Both the position numbers and the translations under genes were made by a program. Below are positions 29,440-39,040 of a DNA stretch of 64,000 nt, piece after piece. The stretch is from Abditibacterium sp. (GTDB taxonomy: Bacteria; Armatimonadota; Abditibacteriia; Abditibacteriales; Abditibacteriaceae), in contig OZ251992.1 in assembly GCA_965246885.1 (NCBI GenBank), positions 1,504,001 through 1,568,000 on the forward strand, read 5' to 3'. Numbering within the stretch: the stretch's first letter is position 1; each line of letters begins with the position of its first letter. The notes beneath the pieces are model-generated. The model saw only the letters and a list, made by a program, of their open reading frames with translations. It was not told the origin of the DNA and made no database searches.

Positions 29440-30251
29440 GCTGTCACCCCTGCATACACCGTTAGCCCGCGCTCGCGTAGGAAGCCAACCAAGTTCACGC
29501 CGTTCGCCCTCGCCAACTCGACCGCCAAGTTCGATGCCGCCGACACCGCCGCAACTGTTCCGATGCGCGCCCTGAGCGCCTTTTGGATGATCTCGAAGCT
29601 GGCGCGGCCCGATACCAAGAGCGTGAGCGGTTCACTCCCGAACAGTAAACCGTGCTCAAGGCAATAGCCGACCGCTTTATCCGTCGCGTTGTGGCGCCCA
29701 ATGTCCTCGAAGCACGCTAACAGTTCGCCGCTCCGGTTGAAAATCGCCGCCGCATGCAAGCCGCCCGTCGCGCCGAAAAGCGTCTGCCGTTCGCGCATCC
29801 GAGCGGGCAACGCGCGCACCAACTCAAGGTCGAGCGGAACGGGAACGAGCGGCGCGACGCGCGACGAGAGCGCTTGAATCGAAGCGTGCCCGCACAGCCC
29901 GCAACTCGAATTGGAGATGAGCGAGCGCCGCCATTTGTCGCCCGCCGTGTCGGGTTCTTCCAATAGAATGGCGTCGGCGACGTTGCACAAATCAGCGTCG
30001 AACTCGCGGCACCGCGCGCGCACCTCGACCCGCACGACATCGGCGAACTCCTCGATAACGCCCTCGCTCAGCAGTAGCCCCAAAGCGAGGAAGCGGTCAG
30101 CGTCGTCGCCCATCGGCGTGCGCATCGTCGCCGAAAACGCGCGCCCATTGACGCGAATCTCAAGCGGTTCCTCGACCACTAACTCGTCTTCGACTGCGCG
30201 CGAATCGCCGCCGCGAAACTGAACGGCGCGGGTGATGTGCGTGGAATTCAT
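29436..30251 (-). CDS. fdhD: Formate dehydrogenase accessory sulfurtransferase
   Basis: VEEPLEI, TMRTP, SSCGLCG, TGGLHAAA, EDIGRHNA, SGRASFE. Confidence 0.95.
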   Translation of the reverse strand: MNSTHITRAVQFRGGDSRAVEDELVVEEPLEIRVNGRAFSATMRTPMGDDADRFLALGLLLSEGVIEEFADVVRVEVRARCREFDADLCNVADAILLEEPDTAGDKWRRSLISNSSCGLCGHASIQALSSRVAPLVPVPLDLELVRALPARMRERQTLFGATGGLHAAAIFNRSGELLACFEDIGRHNATDKAVGYCLEHGLLFGSEPLTLLVSGRASFEIIQKALRARIGTVAAVSAASNLAVELARANGVNLVGFLRERGLTVYAGVTA

Positions 30252-30763
30252 GGCAAGAGGCGGGTCCACAGCGTTAGTTCCATCCACAACTGCGCCGCGC
30301 TGTCGGGGTGGTATTTCGGGATTTCGACGAAGCCCATTTTGCGATACAGCGCGACGGCGGCGGCTTGTTTGGGTGGGTCGGCCACGTCGAGCCGCAGGCG
30401 CTTGTAACCCGCGTCGCGCGTCCACGCGACCAGTTCCTCTAACATCCGGCGCCCGAACCCTTTCCCGCGCGCTTCGGATAAGAACCACATCCGCTTGAGT
30501 TCGGCGGTTTCTTCGTCCAATCGGCGCACGCCGCCCGTGCCCACGACGTGCCCATCGTCGAGCAACACCCGAAACGTGCCGCCGTTGCCGAAATAGTGGC
30601 CGTGCAAATCTTCCAAATCCGCGAGGCGCCAGCCGCGCCGCGTGAACTCTTCCAAAACCTCGTCCAATGTTCCCGGCACGCCCCACAACTCCTGCGCGAC
30701 GGCAGCGACCACGCGTTTGGCGGCCTCGACGTGTTCCGGACGCATCGGTTGGATAAGGAGCAT
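30248..30763 (-). CDS. GNAT family N-acetyltransferase
   Basis: AELKRMW..RGKGFG..ALYRKMGF; stop codon overlaps the fdhD ATG. Confidence 0.9.
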   Translation of the reverse strand: MLLIQPMRPEHVEAAKRVVAAVAQELWGVPGTLDEVLEEFTRRGWRLADLEDLHGHYFGNGGTFRVLLDDGHVVGTGGVRRLDEETAELKRMWFLSEARGKGFGRRMLEELVAWTRDAGYKRLRLDVADPPKQAAAVALYRKMGFVEIPKYHPDSAAQLWMELTLWTRLLP

Positions 30764-30785
30764 AAACGATTGGTTGGTGGTAATG

Positions 30786-30932
30786 CGCTCGGCCCCACGC
30801 TGTCATTCCGAGGGGAGCCTTGGCGACCAGAGGAATCTACTTTCGCCCTTAGTTTGGTATCAAACGGGCGACCGGAACAAGATTCCTCTGGTCGCCAAGG
30901 CTCCCCTCGGAATGACAGCGTGGGGCCGAGCG
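30786..30932. repeat. Perfect 53-bp inverted repeat (TGTCATTCCGAG...GGAATCT REP-like palindrome)
   Basis: 30786-30838 is the exact reverse complement of 30880-30932; the spacer holds an inner hairpin. Confidence 0.92.
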
Positions 30933-30941
30933 GTCGGTTTG

Positions 30942-33245
30942 CTACTTCGCCTTTTCGACGGTAATCACGACCGATTTGGAAGTCGGGGTGTTGGACTTGT
31001 CGGCCACGCTTCTCGCGGGGACGAGGACGTTGGTTTCGGGGAAATACGTCGCGGCGCAGCCTTTGGGAATCTCGTATTCCACCACGATGAAGCGCGGCGC
31101 GGTGCGGGTTTCGCCCTCGAAGTGCGAGTGCAAATCCACCACGTCGCCCGCTTGGAGGCCGCGCGCTTTGATGTCGTCGGCGTGGAGGAAGACGACGCGG
31201 CGCTCGTTGTAGACCCCGCGATAGCGGTCGTCCAGCCCGTAGATGGTGGTGTTGTATTGGTCGTGCGAGCGGATGGTCATCATCAGCAACTGGTCGCTTG
31301 CCAGCTTCCATTCGCTAATCGGCGTGACGGAAAAATTGGCCTTCCCGGTCGGCGTCTCCCACACGCGCTCTTTGGCGGTGTTGGGCAGATAGAAGCCTTC
31401 GGGCGTTTTGGCGCGCGCGTTGAAGTTCTCGAAGCCGGGGATGACCCGTTCGATGTGGTCGCGGATGAGGTCGTAGTTCGCGGCCATCGCTTCCCAGTCG
31501 GTGCGGGAGCGGTCGCCCAACACGGCGCGCGCCATTTCGCAGACGATGGCCGGTTCGCTTTTGAGTTCGGGCGAAGCGGGCGCCAAGCGGCCTTGCGAGC
31601 CGTGCACCACGCTCATGGAGTTCTCGACGGTGACGAACTGATCTCCTCCGGCCTGCGTGTCGCGTTCGGTGCGGCCTAAGCAGGGCAAGAGGAGGGCGCG
31701 CTCGCCCGTCACCAAATGCCCGCGATTGAGTTTGGTGGCGACGTGGCACGTCAGGCGGGCTTGGCGAAGGCCGCGCGCGGTGTAATTGGTGTCGGGCGTG
31801 GCGCTCAGGAAGTTGCCGCCCATGCCGAAAAAGACTTTGGCGCGTCCGTCGTTCATAGCGTGAATCGCCTCGACGACATCGAAGCCATCGGCGCGCGGCG
31901 ATTGGATGCCGAACTCCTTATCGAGGGCGTCCAGAAACGCGGGGCGGGCCTTCTCGTAGATACCCATCGTCCTGTCGCCCTGCACGTTGGAATGGCCGCG
32001 CACCGGGCAAGCCCCCGCGCCCTCGCGCCCGATGTGGCCGCCGAGGAGCAGCAGGTTGATGACCTGTTGGATGGTGGCGACGGCGTTTTTGTGTTGCGTC
32101 AGGCCCATTGCCCAGCACGCGATAACCCGCTTCGAGCGCGCGACGAGCGATCCGATATGCTCGATTTTGATGCGCGGCACCCCGCTCGCGCGTTCGACTT
32201 GCGTCCAATCGAGTTCGCGCAGGTCGCCGAGCAGGGCGTCGAGTCCGTGCGTGTGTTGGCGTAGAAAGTCGTGGTCGAAGACGCCGCCCTCGCGCTCCTC
32301 GATGTCCAGCATGACGCGCAAGATGCCCTTGAGAACCGCCGCGTCGCCGTTGATCTTGACCGGCACGAAATGCGACGAAATGGCAGTGCCCCCGGAAAGG
32401 AACTGCTCCGGATGTTGCGGGTGGTGGAAGGCTAATAATCCCGCTTCGGGGAGCGGGTTGAAGGACACGATTTCGCAGCCATGCGCCCGCGCGGTTTGCA
32501 GGGCGGACAGCATACGCGGGTGGTTGGTGCCGGGGTTTTGGCCGAAGATGAGGATGCAATCGGCTTTTTGAAAGTCTTCCAGCGTGACGGTGCCCTTGCC
32601 CACGCCGATGGTCTCGCTCATCGCGCAACCGCTCGACTCGTGGCACATATTCGAGCAGTCGGGCAAGTTGTTGGTGCCGAACTCGCGCACGAAGAGTTGG
32701 TAGGCAAACGCGGCCTCGTTGCTGGTTCGCCCCGACGTATAAAAGACCGCCTCGTCGGGCGACTTGAGCGCGTTGAGTTCTTCGGCCAACACGCCGAACG
32801 CTTCGCTCCACGAGACGGCGCGGTAGTGGCTCGCGCCCTTGTCGAGCAGCATCGGGTGCGTGAGGCGTCCGGCTTTGCCAAGCTCCATGTCGCTCCATTT
32901 GCCCAACTCTTCGAGCGAGTGTTTGGCGAAGAAGTCGGGGGTGACGCGCTTGCGGGTGGTTTCTTCGGCAACGGCTTTCGCGCCGTTTTCGCAGTATTCA
33001 AAGCGGCTGCGCTTGTCGTCCGGGTCGGGCCACGCGCAACCGGGACAGTCAAAGCCGTCCTTTTGGTTGAGGCGCAGCAGGACTTGGTTGCCGCGTAAAA
33101 AGCCCGACTCGCGCGCGATGAACTCCATTGACTTGGCGACGGCCATCACGCCCGCCGCGCGCTCGTGGCGGTGGCCGACTTTGAGGCCGGTGAACTCTTC
33201 GCTGGTCAGCGCCGCGTCGAAGGCGTTGGGGGTTTCGTGGCTCAT
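30942..33245 (-). CDS. FdhF/YdeP family molybdopterin oxidoreductase
   Basis: GFDCPGCAWPD, CENGAKA, YTSGRTSNE, NNLPDCSNMCHE, RGHSNVQG, RSHDQYNTTIYG. Confidence 0.95.
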   Translation of the reverse strand: MSHETPNAFDAALTSEEFTGLKVGHRHERAAGVMAVAKSMEFIARESGFLRGNQVLLRLNQKDGFDCPGCAWPDPDDKRSRFEYCENGAKAVAEETTRKRVTPDFFAKHSLEELGKWSDMELGKAGRLTHPMLLDKGASHYRAVSWSEAFGVLAEELNALKSPDEAVFYTSGRTSNEAAFAYQLFVREFGTNNLPDCSNMCHESSGCAMSETIGVGKGTVTLEDFQKADCILIFGQNPGTNHPRMLSALQTARAHGCEIVSFNPLPEAGLLAFHHPQHPEQFLSGGTAISSHFVPVKINGDAAVLKGILRVMLDIEEREGGVFDHDFLRQHTHGLDALLGDLRELDWTQVERASGVPRIKIEHIGSLVARSKRVIACWAMGLTQHKNAVATIQQVINLLLLGGHIGREGAGACPVRGHSNVQGDRTMGIYEKARPAFLDALDKEFGIQSPRADGFDVVEAIHAMNDGRAKVFFGMGGNFLSATPDTNYTARGLRQARLTCHVATKLNRGHLVTGERALLLPCLGRTERDTQAGGDQFVTVENSMSVVHGSQGRLAPASPELKSEPAIVCEMARAVLGDRSRTDWEAMAANYDLIRDHIERVIPGFENFNARAKTPEGFYLPNTAKERVWETPTGKANFSVTPISEWKLASDQLLMMTIRSHDQYNTTIYGLDDRYRGVYNERRVVFLHADDIKARGLQAGDVVDLHSHFEGETRTAPRFIVVEYEIPKGCAATYFPETNVLVPARSVADKSNTPTSKSVVITVEKAK

Positions 33246-33305
33246 GGAATAAAGGGAAGTTTAGGCGCGGACGGCGTTGCGCCCGATTGGGTTAAATTAG
33301 CCCCG

Positions 33306-34160
33306 ATGATTTCCACACTGAACCCCGTCACCGCAGGGGGCGGCTTGCCCTTGCCCGCTTTCGTTGAGTTGGCCGCTCGCAACGGCTTCAAGGGCGTTGA
33401 CTTCTCCGTTGATGCCGCAATGGCAATGGGCTTAAACGCCGCGCGCGACTTGTTCCAAGGGCACGGCGTTGCTCCGTCGTGCTTTGGCTTGTCGGTCGAA
33501 TGGCGGCGCGACGAGCAAACCTTCCGCGACGGCTTGGCGCTCCTTCCCGCACAGGCCCAGTTCGCCCGCGAGTTGGGTTGCGCGCGCACCGTCACATGGG
33601 TTCTGCCCTCAAGCGACGACGTGGCCAGTTACCGCGAAACATCCCTTGCGCGTTGGGCAGAAATCGCGCGCGTGTTGGATGCCGAGGGCATCGCGCTCGG
33701 TTTGGAGTTCCTCGGCCCGCTCCAGTTTCGCCCTGACGGAGACAAGGTCTGGTTCTACAACATCGCCGGGGCGCTTGAAGCCGCCGACGAAGTGAACGGT
33801 CGCGCCGGCACGAGCAACGTCGGTTTGCTGGTGGATTGCTGGCACTGGTTCGCGGGCGGCGGCACCTTGATGGACTTGGCTTCCATCCCCGTCGAGCAGG
33901 TCACGCACGTCCATATCAACGACGCCCCACGCGGCGTGGCCTTGCCTGACTTGGTTGACAACGAGCGCGAACTGCCCGGCGCGACAGGTGTCATTGACCT
34001 GACGGGCTTCCTCGAAACCCTCTCCCGCATCGGCTACACCGGCCCCGTCGCCGTTGAAACCTTCTGGAAGCGCCCCCAAGAAGCGGGCGACGAAGTGGCG
34101 GCCAAGGAAGCGGGCGCGGCAGTCAAAGCCGCGTTCGAGGCGGCAGGGTTGGTGTTTTAG
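33306..34160 (+). CDS. Sugar phosphate isomerase/epimerase (xylose isomerase-like TIM barrel)
   Basis: GLEFLGP, LLVDCWHW, HVHINDA, RELPG, VAVETF. Confidence 0.9.
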   Translation: MISTLNPVTAGGGLPLPAFVELAARNGFKGVDFSVDAAMAMGLNAARDLFQGHGVAPSCFGLSVEWRRDEQTFRDGLALLPAQAQFARELGCARTVTWVLPSSDDVASYRETSLARWAEIARVLDAEGIALGLEFLGPLQFRPDGDKVWFYNIAGALEAADEVNGRAGTSNVGLLVDCWHWFAGGGTLMDLASIPVEQVTHVHINDAPRGVALPDLVDNERELPGATGVIDLTGFLETLSRIGYTGPVAVETFWKRPQEAGDEVAAKEAGAAVKAAFEAAGLVF

Positions 34161-34513
34161 GGGGGCGCCAGAAACGGGGCGCGGGCGCCCCAATTCGGCT
34201 CGTCTTGCCGCTCGTGGCGGCAGGCGAGGATGTAGATGACTTCCAAGCCATCGCCGGTTTGGAAGTCAACCGAGGGATAGTCGGTGTAGTAGAGCCAATA
34301 GGCAAACGGGGAGACGCGGATTCTTCGCACCGGAACAGGAAGGGATGTTTGGGCGGGCGCGCCTTGAAAGGGGAACGCCAGAAGCGACGCGACGACGGCA
34401 TCAACGGCTTCAAGCCACTGGATGCCGCGCCCTGCACTGCTGTCCTCCAATCGCCCGACAGCGTCAACTATCTCGTCTTTGGCGACTTGCAACAGAATCA
34501 CTTCGCGTCTCAT
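34157..34513 (-). CDS. RelE/ParE family toxin
   Basis: VRRIRVSPFAYWLYY...ILACRHERQ; ATGA overlap with the upstream antitoxin. Confidence 0.8.
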   Translation of the reverse strand: MRREVILLQVAKDEIVDAVGRLEDSSAGRGIQWLEAVDAVVASLLAFPFQGAPAQTSLPVPVRRIRVSPFAYWLYYTDYPSVDFQTGDGLEVIYILACRHERQDEPNWGARAPFLAPP

Positions 34514-34743
34514 GCGCCGCGCTCTCGCAGCTTTTGTAGCATCTGCGTTTTGACCTGCTCCCAAGGTATTCCAGCGTGCGGATTGTCAATGGCTTGCTGG
34601 ACGCGGCGCTGCAACTCCTCCCGGAACTCCGGGTCTTCCTCCGGCACCTCCGCGCCCTCATGCCCCAAGTCCCAAATTTGCTGCGCCAGCACTAACTGCT
34701 CGGCGCGGGACATCTTTTTAATCTGCTCTAAAAGTTCGGCCAT
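34510..34743 (-). CDS. Addiction module antitoxin (putative addiction module component family)
   Basis: MSRAEQLVLAQQIWD..EELQRR..GIPWEQVK pattern. Confidence 0.85.
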   Translation of the reverse strand: MAELLEQIKKMSRAEQLVLAQQIWDLGHEGAEVPEEDPEFREELQRRVQQAIDNPHAGIPWEQVKTQMLQKLRERGA

Positions 34744-34764
34744 AGTACCTCGTAGTTTAAACTC

Positions 34765-37332
34765 CTAACTCGTTTGCACGAGGCTCAGCTTGTCGCCCCA
34801 GAAGCGGTGCAGGGCTTCCTTGAGAAAGGCGTGTTCGGGGTCGTCGAGGTGCGGGTCTTCACTCACCACGTCCCACGCCGCTTCGCGGGCGCGCTGGATG
34901 ATGTCTATATCGGTCAGGAGGTCGGCGATGCGAAAGTCGGGGATGCCGCTTTGCCGCGTGCCATAAAGTTCGCCCGAACCGCGCAGTTTCAGGTCTTCCT
35001 CGGCGATGACGAAGCCGTTCTGCGTCTGGCACATCACGTTGAGGCGCACCTTGCCCTCGTCCGATTTGGGGTTCGCCAACAAGATGCACATAGATTTGTG
35101 CTGCCCGCGCCCGACGCGGCCCCGTAATTGGTGCAGTTGGCTCAGCCCGAAGCGGTCGGCGTCCTCAATCAGCATCACGGTTGAGTTCGGCACGTCCACG
35201 CCCACCTCAATTACTGTGGTGGATACCAGCACGTCGTGCATTTGCGCGCGGAACAGTTCCATTTGCTCGTCGCGCTCTACAACATCCAACTGGCCGTGAA
35301 CGAGGCCGACACGAAGCCCTTTGAGTTCGTGCTCGCGCAAACGCTCGGCCACCGAAGTGGCGGCTTGCAGGTTCACCAATTTGTCCGATTCTTCCACCAA
35401 GGGGCATACTACGTATGCCTGACGCCCTTTGGCCACCTCCGCGCGCACGTAAGCGTACGCCCGCTCGCGCGCTTCCGGCTTGACTTTAATAGTTTTTATT
35501 GGCTGGCGACCGGGCGGCAGTTCGTCCAAGACGGACACATCCAAGTCGCCATAAATGGTCAGCGCCATCGTGCGCGGGATGGGTGTCGCGGTCATAACCA
35601 GCACATCCGGGCGAAGTCCGCCTGCCCCCTTGCGAGCGAGCGCCGCGCGTTGCATGACGCCAAAGCGGTGTTGTTCGTCCACCACGCACACGCCCAGCTT
35701 TTGGAACTCCACGCCTTCTTGAATCAGCGCGTGCGTGCCGACGACCACATGGATGCGCCCTTCGGCCAAGTCCGCCAAAATCTGCCGCTTATTCTTCGTT
35801 TTAAGACTCCCTTCCAACAGCCCGACTTCGACGCCAAGCGGCTCCAGAATCTTGCGCAACACGTAAAAGTGCTGCTCGCTCAGAATCTCCGTCGGCGCCA
35901 ACAGCGCGCCTTGGAAGCCCGCTTTGAAGGCGCTCCACAGCGCATACGCCGCCACGATTGTCTTGCCGCTTCCCACGTCGCCGTGAAGGAGGCGGTTCAT
36001 CGGACGCGGACTCTTCAAGTCTTTGCGCACCTCGTTCATCACCCGCTTCTGCGCGCCGGTCAGCTTGAAGGGCAGGGCGGCGAGGAACTTCTTTACTTCG
36101 TCGTCGGGCACAATATGGCGGATGCCCGCTTCCTCCAAGTGCGCCGCGCGCTTCTTTTGGGCGAGCGCCACCTGAAGCAGAAAGAGTTCCTCGAAGACCA
36201 GCCGATAGCGCGCGGCCTCCTTTTCCTCCCAGTCGGTCGGTGCATGGATGGCCCGCAGCGCCGTTTCGAGCGGCACCAAGCTGAACTCTTCGAGCAACCT
36301 CGCGGGGATCGGGTCGGGAATACGCCCCGCGCATTTCGCCAGCGCGTCTTCCGTTGCCCGGCGCAGGTTCGATTGGAACAAGCCCTCGGTGAGCGGGTAA
36401 ACCGGCACTATTTTGCCGACCTGACTGCCGTCTTCGTCGCCGATGAACTCGAATTCCGGCACATCCATCTGGCGGTAGCCGTTGAACTCCGAAATCTTGC
36501 CGTAAACGAACAGTTTCTGGCCGACCTTGAACTGCTTCTCGCGCCACGCCTGATTCCACCACTGCAAATCGATCTGCGAGTCGCCATCCCCCACGCGCAC
36601 TTTCGTGACCGAGCGGTTGCCCACGCCCATTTTGCGCGTTTGCGGCTCGTATAGCACCTCGGCCAGAAAGGAATCCTTCTCGCCTGTTTCGATGTCGCCC
36701 AGCGCCCGGATGAGGCGACGGTCTTCGTAGCGCGCCGGAAAATGCAGGAGCAAGTCGCCCACCGTTTGGATGCCCCACTTGGCGAGCAGCTTGGCCTTTT
36801 GCGGCCCGACGCCGCGCAGGTAGGTCACGGACTCGGCGAGCGGGTCGTCGGAAGCTCTCACCGATACCGGCGCCCGGTTCACCGGCATGTGAGATTCGTC
36901 CACCGGGGCCGGGGAGTCGTCCGCGTGTACGCGGGAACCGTTCACCGGCATGCGCGAATCGTCCGCGCGTATGCGCGAATCCTCCGCCGGTACCGGCGCA
37001 ACGATGGCGCGCGTCGCGTTGCTTTCAAAAAGCGGCGCGTTGTCGAGGGTGTCTTCCAATTTGTCGAGCAGTTGCGCGGTAATCCATACGATGTCGCGGC
37101 GGCGCTCTTCCTCCTCGCGCGGGTAGAGCGTCCAGATGTCGTGCAAGCGTTGGAGGGAGAACTCGCAGTTGGAAGGCACTTCTTCCGACCCGTCTTCGAT
37201 GGCCGCGAGCGCGCGCCCCGTGAGCGCCACGAAATGTTGCGCCGTGCCACCGGACACCGCGATGTTCATGAACTCGGTGCGTTCCTCGTCGGGCAGGGGC
37301 AGGCGCAACGCCTCAATAGTTTCACGCAACAT
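34765..37332 (-). CDS. recG: ATP-dependent DNA helicase RecG
   Basis: LLHGDVGSGKT, DEQHRFG, MTATPIPRT, QLHQLRGRVGRG, DLKLRG. Confidence 0.97.
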   Translation of the reverse strand: MLRETIEALRLPLPDEERTEFMNIAVSGGTAQHFVALTGRALAAIEDGSEEVPSNCEFSLQRLHDIWTLYPREEEERRRDIVWITAQLLDKLEDTLDNAPLFESNATRAIVAPVPAEDSRIRADDSRMPVNGSRVHADDSPAPVDESHMPVNRAPVSVRASDDPLAESVTYLRGVGPQKAKLLAKWGIQTVGDLLLHFPARYEDRRLIRALGDIETGEKDSFLAEVLYEPQTRKMGVGNRSVTKVRVGDGDSQIDLQWWNQAWREKQFKVGQKLFVYGKISEFNGYRQMDVPEFEFIGDEDGSQVGKIVPVYPLTEGLFQSNLRRATEDALAKCAGRIPDPIPARLLEEFSLVPLETALRAIHAPTDWEEKEAARYRLVFEELFLLQVALAQKKRAAHLEEAGIRHIVPDDEVKKFLAALPFKLTGAQKRVMNEVRKDLKSPRPMNRLLHGDVGSGKTIVAAYALWSAFKAGFQGALLAPTEILSEQHFYVLRKILEPLGVEVGLLEGSLKTKNKRQILADLAEGRIHVVVGTHALIQEGVEFQKLGVCVVDEQHRFGVMQRAALARKGAGGLRPDVLVMTATPIPRTMALTIYGDLDVSVLDELPPGRQPIKTIKVKPEARERAYAYVRAEVAKGRQAYVVCPLVEESDKLVNLQAATSVAERLREHELKGLRVGLVHGQLDVVERDEQMELFRAQMHDVLVSTTVIEVGVDVPNSTVMLIEDADRFGLSQLHQLRGRVGRGQHKSMCILLANPKSDEGKVRLNVMCQTQNGFVIAEEDLKLRGSGELYGTRQSGIPDFRIADLLTDIDIIQRAREAAWDVVSEDPHLDDPEHAFLKEALHRFWGDKLSLVQTS
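36858..37004. repeat. Seven-unit 21-bp palindromic array in frame within the recG N-terminal linker
   Basis: Units such as ccgcgtgtacgcgggaaccgt and ccgccggtaccggcgcaacga; taccggcgc recurs at 36865 and 36991 (126 bp apart). Confidence 0.85.
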
Positions 37333-37339
37333 GGGAACT

Positions 37340-37400
37340 CGTAGGGACGCTGCTTGCCGCGTCCTTTTGTTTGGTGGACGCTGCTTGCCGCGTCCCTACG
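37340..37400. repeat. GTAG-type REP pair
   Basis: cgtagggacgc...gcgtccctacg ends, with ggacgctgcttgccgcgtcc present twice. Confidence 0.8.
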
Positions 37401-37401
37401 T

Positions 37402-37992
37402 TTATTTTTGCATCGGGTCGAAGGCGGCTTTGGGTTTTTCGGCTTCGACGGCGCGTTTATAGATGACGACTTGGCGCACGTCGCGGTTGCTTAGGCAAAC
37501 GAGGCGCCCGTCGCGGTCGCGTAGCCACGTCCCGCGCAGCGTCCAGCGTTCGACCGTGCCCTGCACCCCGTTGATTTCAACGGCATCCCCCGGCGCGAGG
37601 GTATCTTCCGATAAGAGCGCGAAGCCTTGCGCAATGTCTTGCATCAAGGGCATGAGGGCGAGGCCAAACAAGAGGGCGACCGCGCCCAGCGAAAGCGCCA
37701 ACTCCAACACGGGCAAGCCGAAGACGTTGAAGACGAGCACAAGCGCGACCGAATAGAGCAGGGTTCGCAGCGCCAGCTTGGGCGTTTTGACGAGCGTTTC
37801 GCGGCGCAAGGCCCGCCAGCGCGCGTCGCGCTCGCCGCCCAAAGCCGCAAAGGGCGCGGTCAGCTTTTCGAGCCGCTTTCCCCCCAGCCACGCCGCAAAC
37901 TCGAAGGCGACCGCGATAAACAGCAGTTCGGGCGCGATAAAGAGGATGGAGTGCAAGCGCGCCGTTAAATCGGGCAGGGCAACGTGTGGCAT
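37402..37992 (-). CDS. MscS-family mechanosensitive channel domain protein (short)
   Basis: QDIAQGF..PGDAVEING..GTVE..LRGTWLRD.DG. Confidence 0.85.
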   Translation of the reverse strand: MPHVALPDLTARLHSILFIAPELLFIAVAFEFAAWLGGKRLEKLTAPFAALGGERDARWRALRRETLVKTPKLALRTLLYSVALVLVFNVFGLPVLELALSLGAVALLFGLALMPLMQDIAQGFALLSEDTLAPGDAVEINGVQGTVERWTLRGTWLRDRDGRLVCLSNRDVRQVVIYKRAVEAEKPKAAFDPMQK

Positions 37993-38019
37993 GGGAAAGG
38001 AGATTTTACCCGGTGGCCC

Positions 38020-39024
38020 TTAATTCTTCCCGTCCCCGAAGGCCGCGACGAAATCCAACAGCACAAACCCGCTCCGCACGTCGGGCGTTTGACCGCCGAG
38101 CGTGTCCATCACCTCGTCTATTTGCGCGCTTCGCCGCTCGCGCCCGACGCTTTGCGCGAGGAGAGTGAGGGCGTCGAGTGCGCCCCCGGCGTAGATGCCG
38201 TCCCCGCCGCCGTCTAACACTTGCGCGCGGCGCGCGAGATCAAGCCACCGGACGGGTAAGCCGAGCGCCTGCTCCGCGCGTGCAATGGTCGCGCCCGCCC
38301 CCGCAACGTCGGAAGCGGAGCGGCTGGCTGCATCGGGAATGGTGCCGTCGTCGCGGCGCGCGGGGAAATAGCGGCCCTCGCATAGGTCGAGCAGTTCGAG
38401 CACATCGGCTTTAACCGAGCGGTCGCGCGTCAGGGCGAAGAGCGCGGCGCCCGCTTCGAGAAGCGCCAACTGCGTCGGGGCAGTTTTTGACCCGATGCCG
38501 CTTTCTTGCGTCGGCGCGAGCGGGCCAGTCACGAAGATTTCAAAGTATCCGCCGCCACTCACCCGGTCGCGCGCCCGTTCGCGCAGGAGGCGCCACGTCG
38601 TGAGCGCCAAAGCGCGCGGCTCCGCTTCGCCCGATACGCGGGCGTATTCGACAAGCGCGGAGATGATTTGGGCTTGCAAAAGCGTGGATTTAGACGGCTC
38701 CCCACCCCCGCCCGAAACGGCGAAAAAGCCTCCGCCCACCTTGTCGCGGCGCGAGTCACGTAGCAGGCGGTAGTGCACACGCGCGTCATCGAGTAGATTC
38801 CATTGCGGCGTCAAGTAGACCAAGCGGTGGGCGTGCGCGAGGGTTCGACACAGCCGCGCGGCAACGAGGGCGCCTTCATTGTCAGGCGATTTTGCCGCCC
38901 ATAGGGGTAGCCACCTCTTTCGCAACTCCGCCTTAATTGCCGCCGCGCGCGCACCGAGGTCGTCGGCGCGCGCGCTAACGGCGAGGGAGAGGGCCAACAG
39001 GGGAACGAGAACGCGGGAAGTCAC
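38020..39024 (-). CDS. Secreted AGE/cellobiose 2-epimerase-like protein, degenerate
   Basis: Signal peptide; DKVGGGFF, ALVEY, DRVSGGGYFE, KTAPTQLALLEA. Confidence 0.6.
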   Translation of the reverse strand: MTSRVLVPLLALSLAVSARADDLGARAAAIKAELRKRWLPLWAAKSPDNEGALVAARLCRTLAHAHRLVYLTPQWNLLDDARVHYRLLRDSRRDKVGGGFFAVSGGGGEPSKSTLLQAQIISALVEYARVSGEAEPRALALTTWRLLRERARDRVSGGGYFEIFVTGPLAPTQESGIGSKTAPTQLALLEAGAALFALTRDRSVKADVLELLDLCEGRYFPARRDDGTIPDAASRSASDVAGAGATIARAEQALGLPVRWLDLARRAQVLDGGGDGIYAGGALDALTLLAQSVGRERRSAQIDEVMDTLGGQTPDVRSGFVLLDFVAAFGDGKN

Positions 39025-39040
39025 GGCGCAAAGTGTAGGC

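Noticed and set aside
29436..30806. 456-aa N-terminally extended FdhD
   Set aside because: The extension overlaps the GNAT gene out of frame; the likely start is 30251 with an ATGA overlap
30942..33245. Selenocysteine-containing formate dehydrogenase
   Set aside because: The ORF is uninterrupted and has Cys in CSNMCHE; it is YdeP-like
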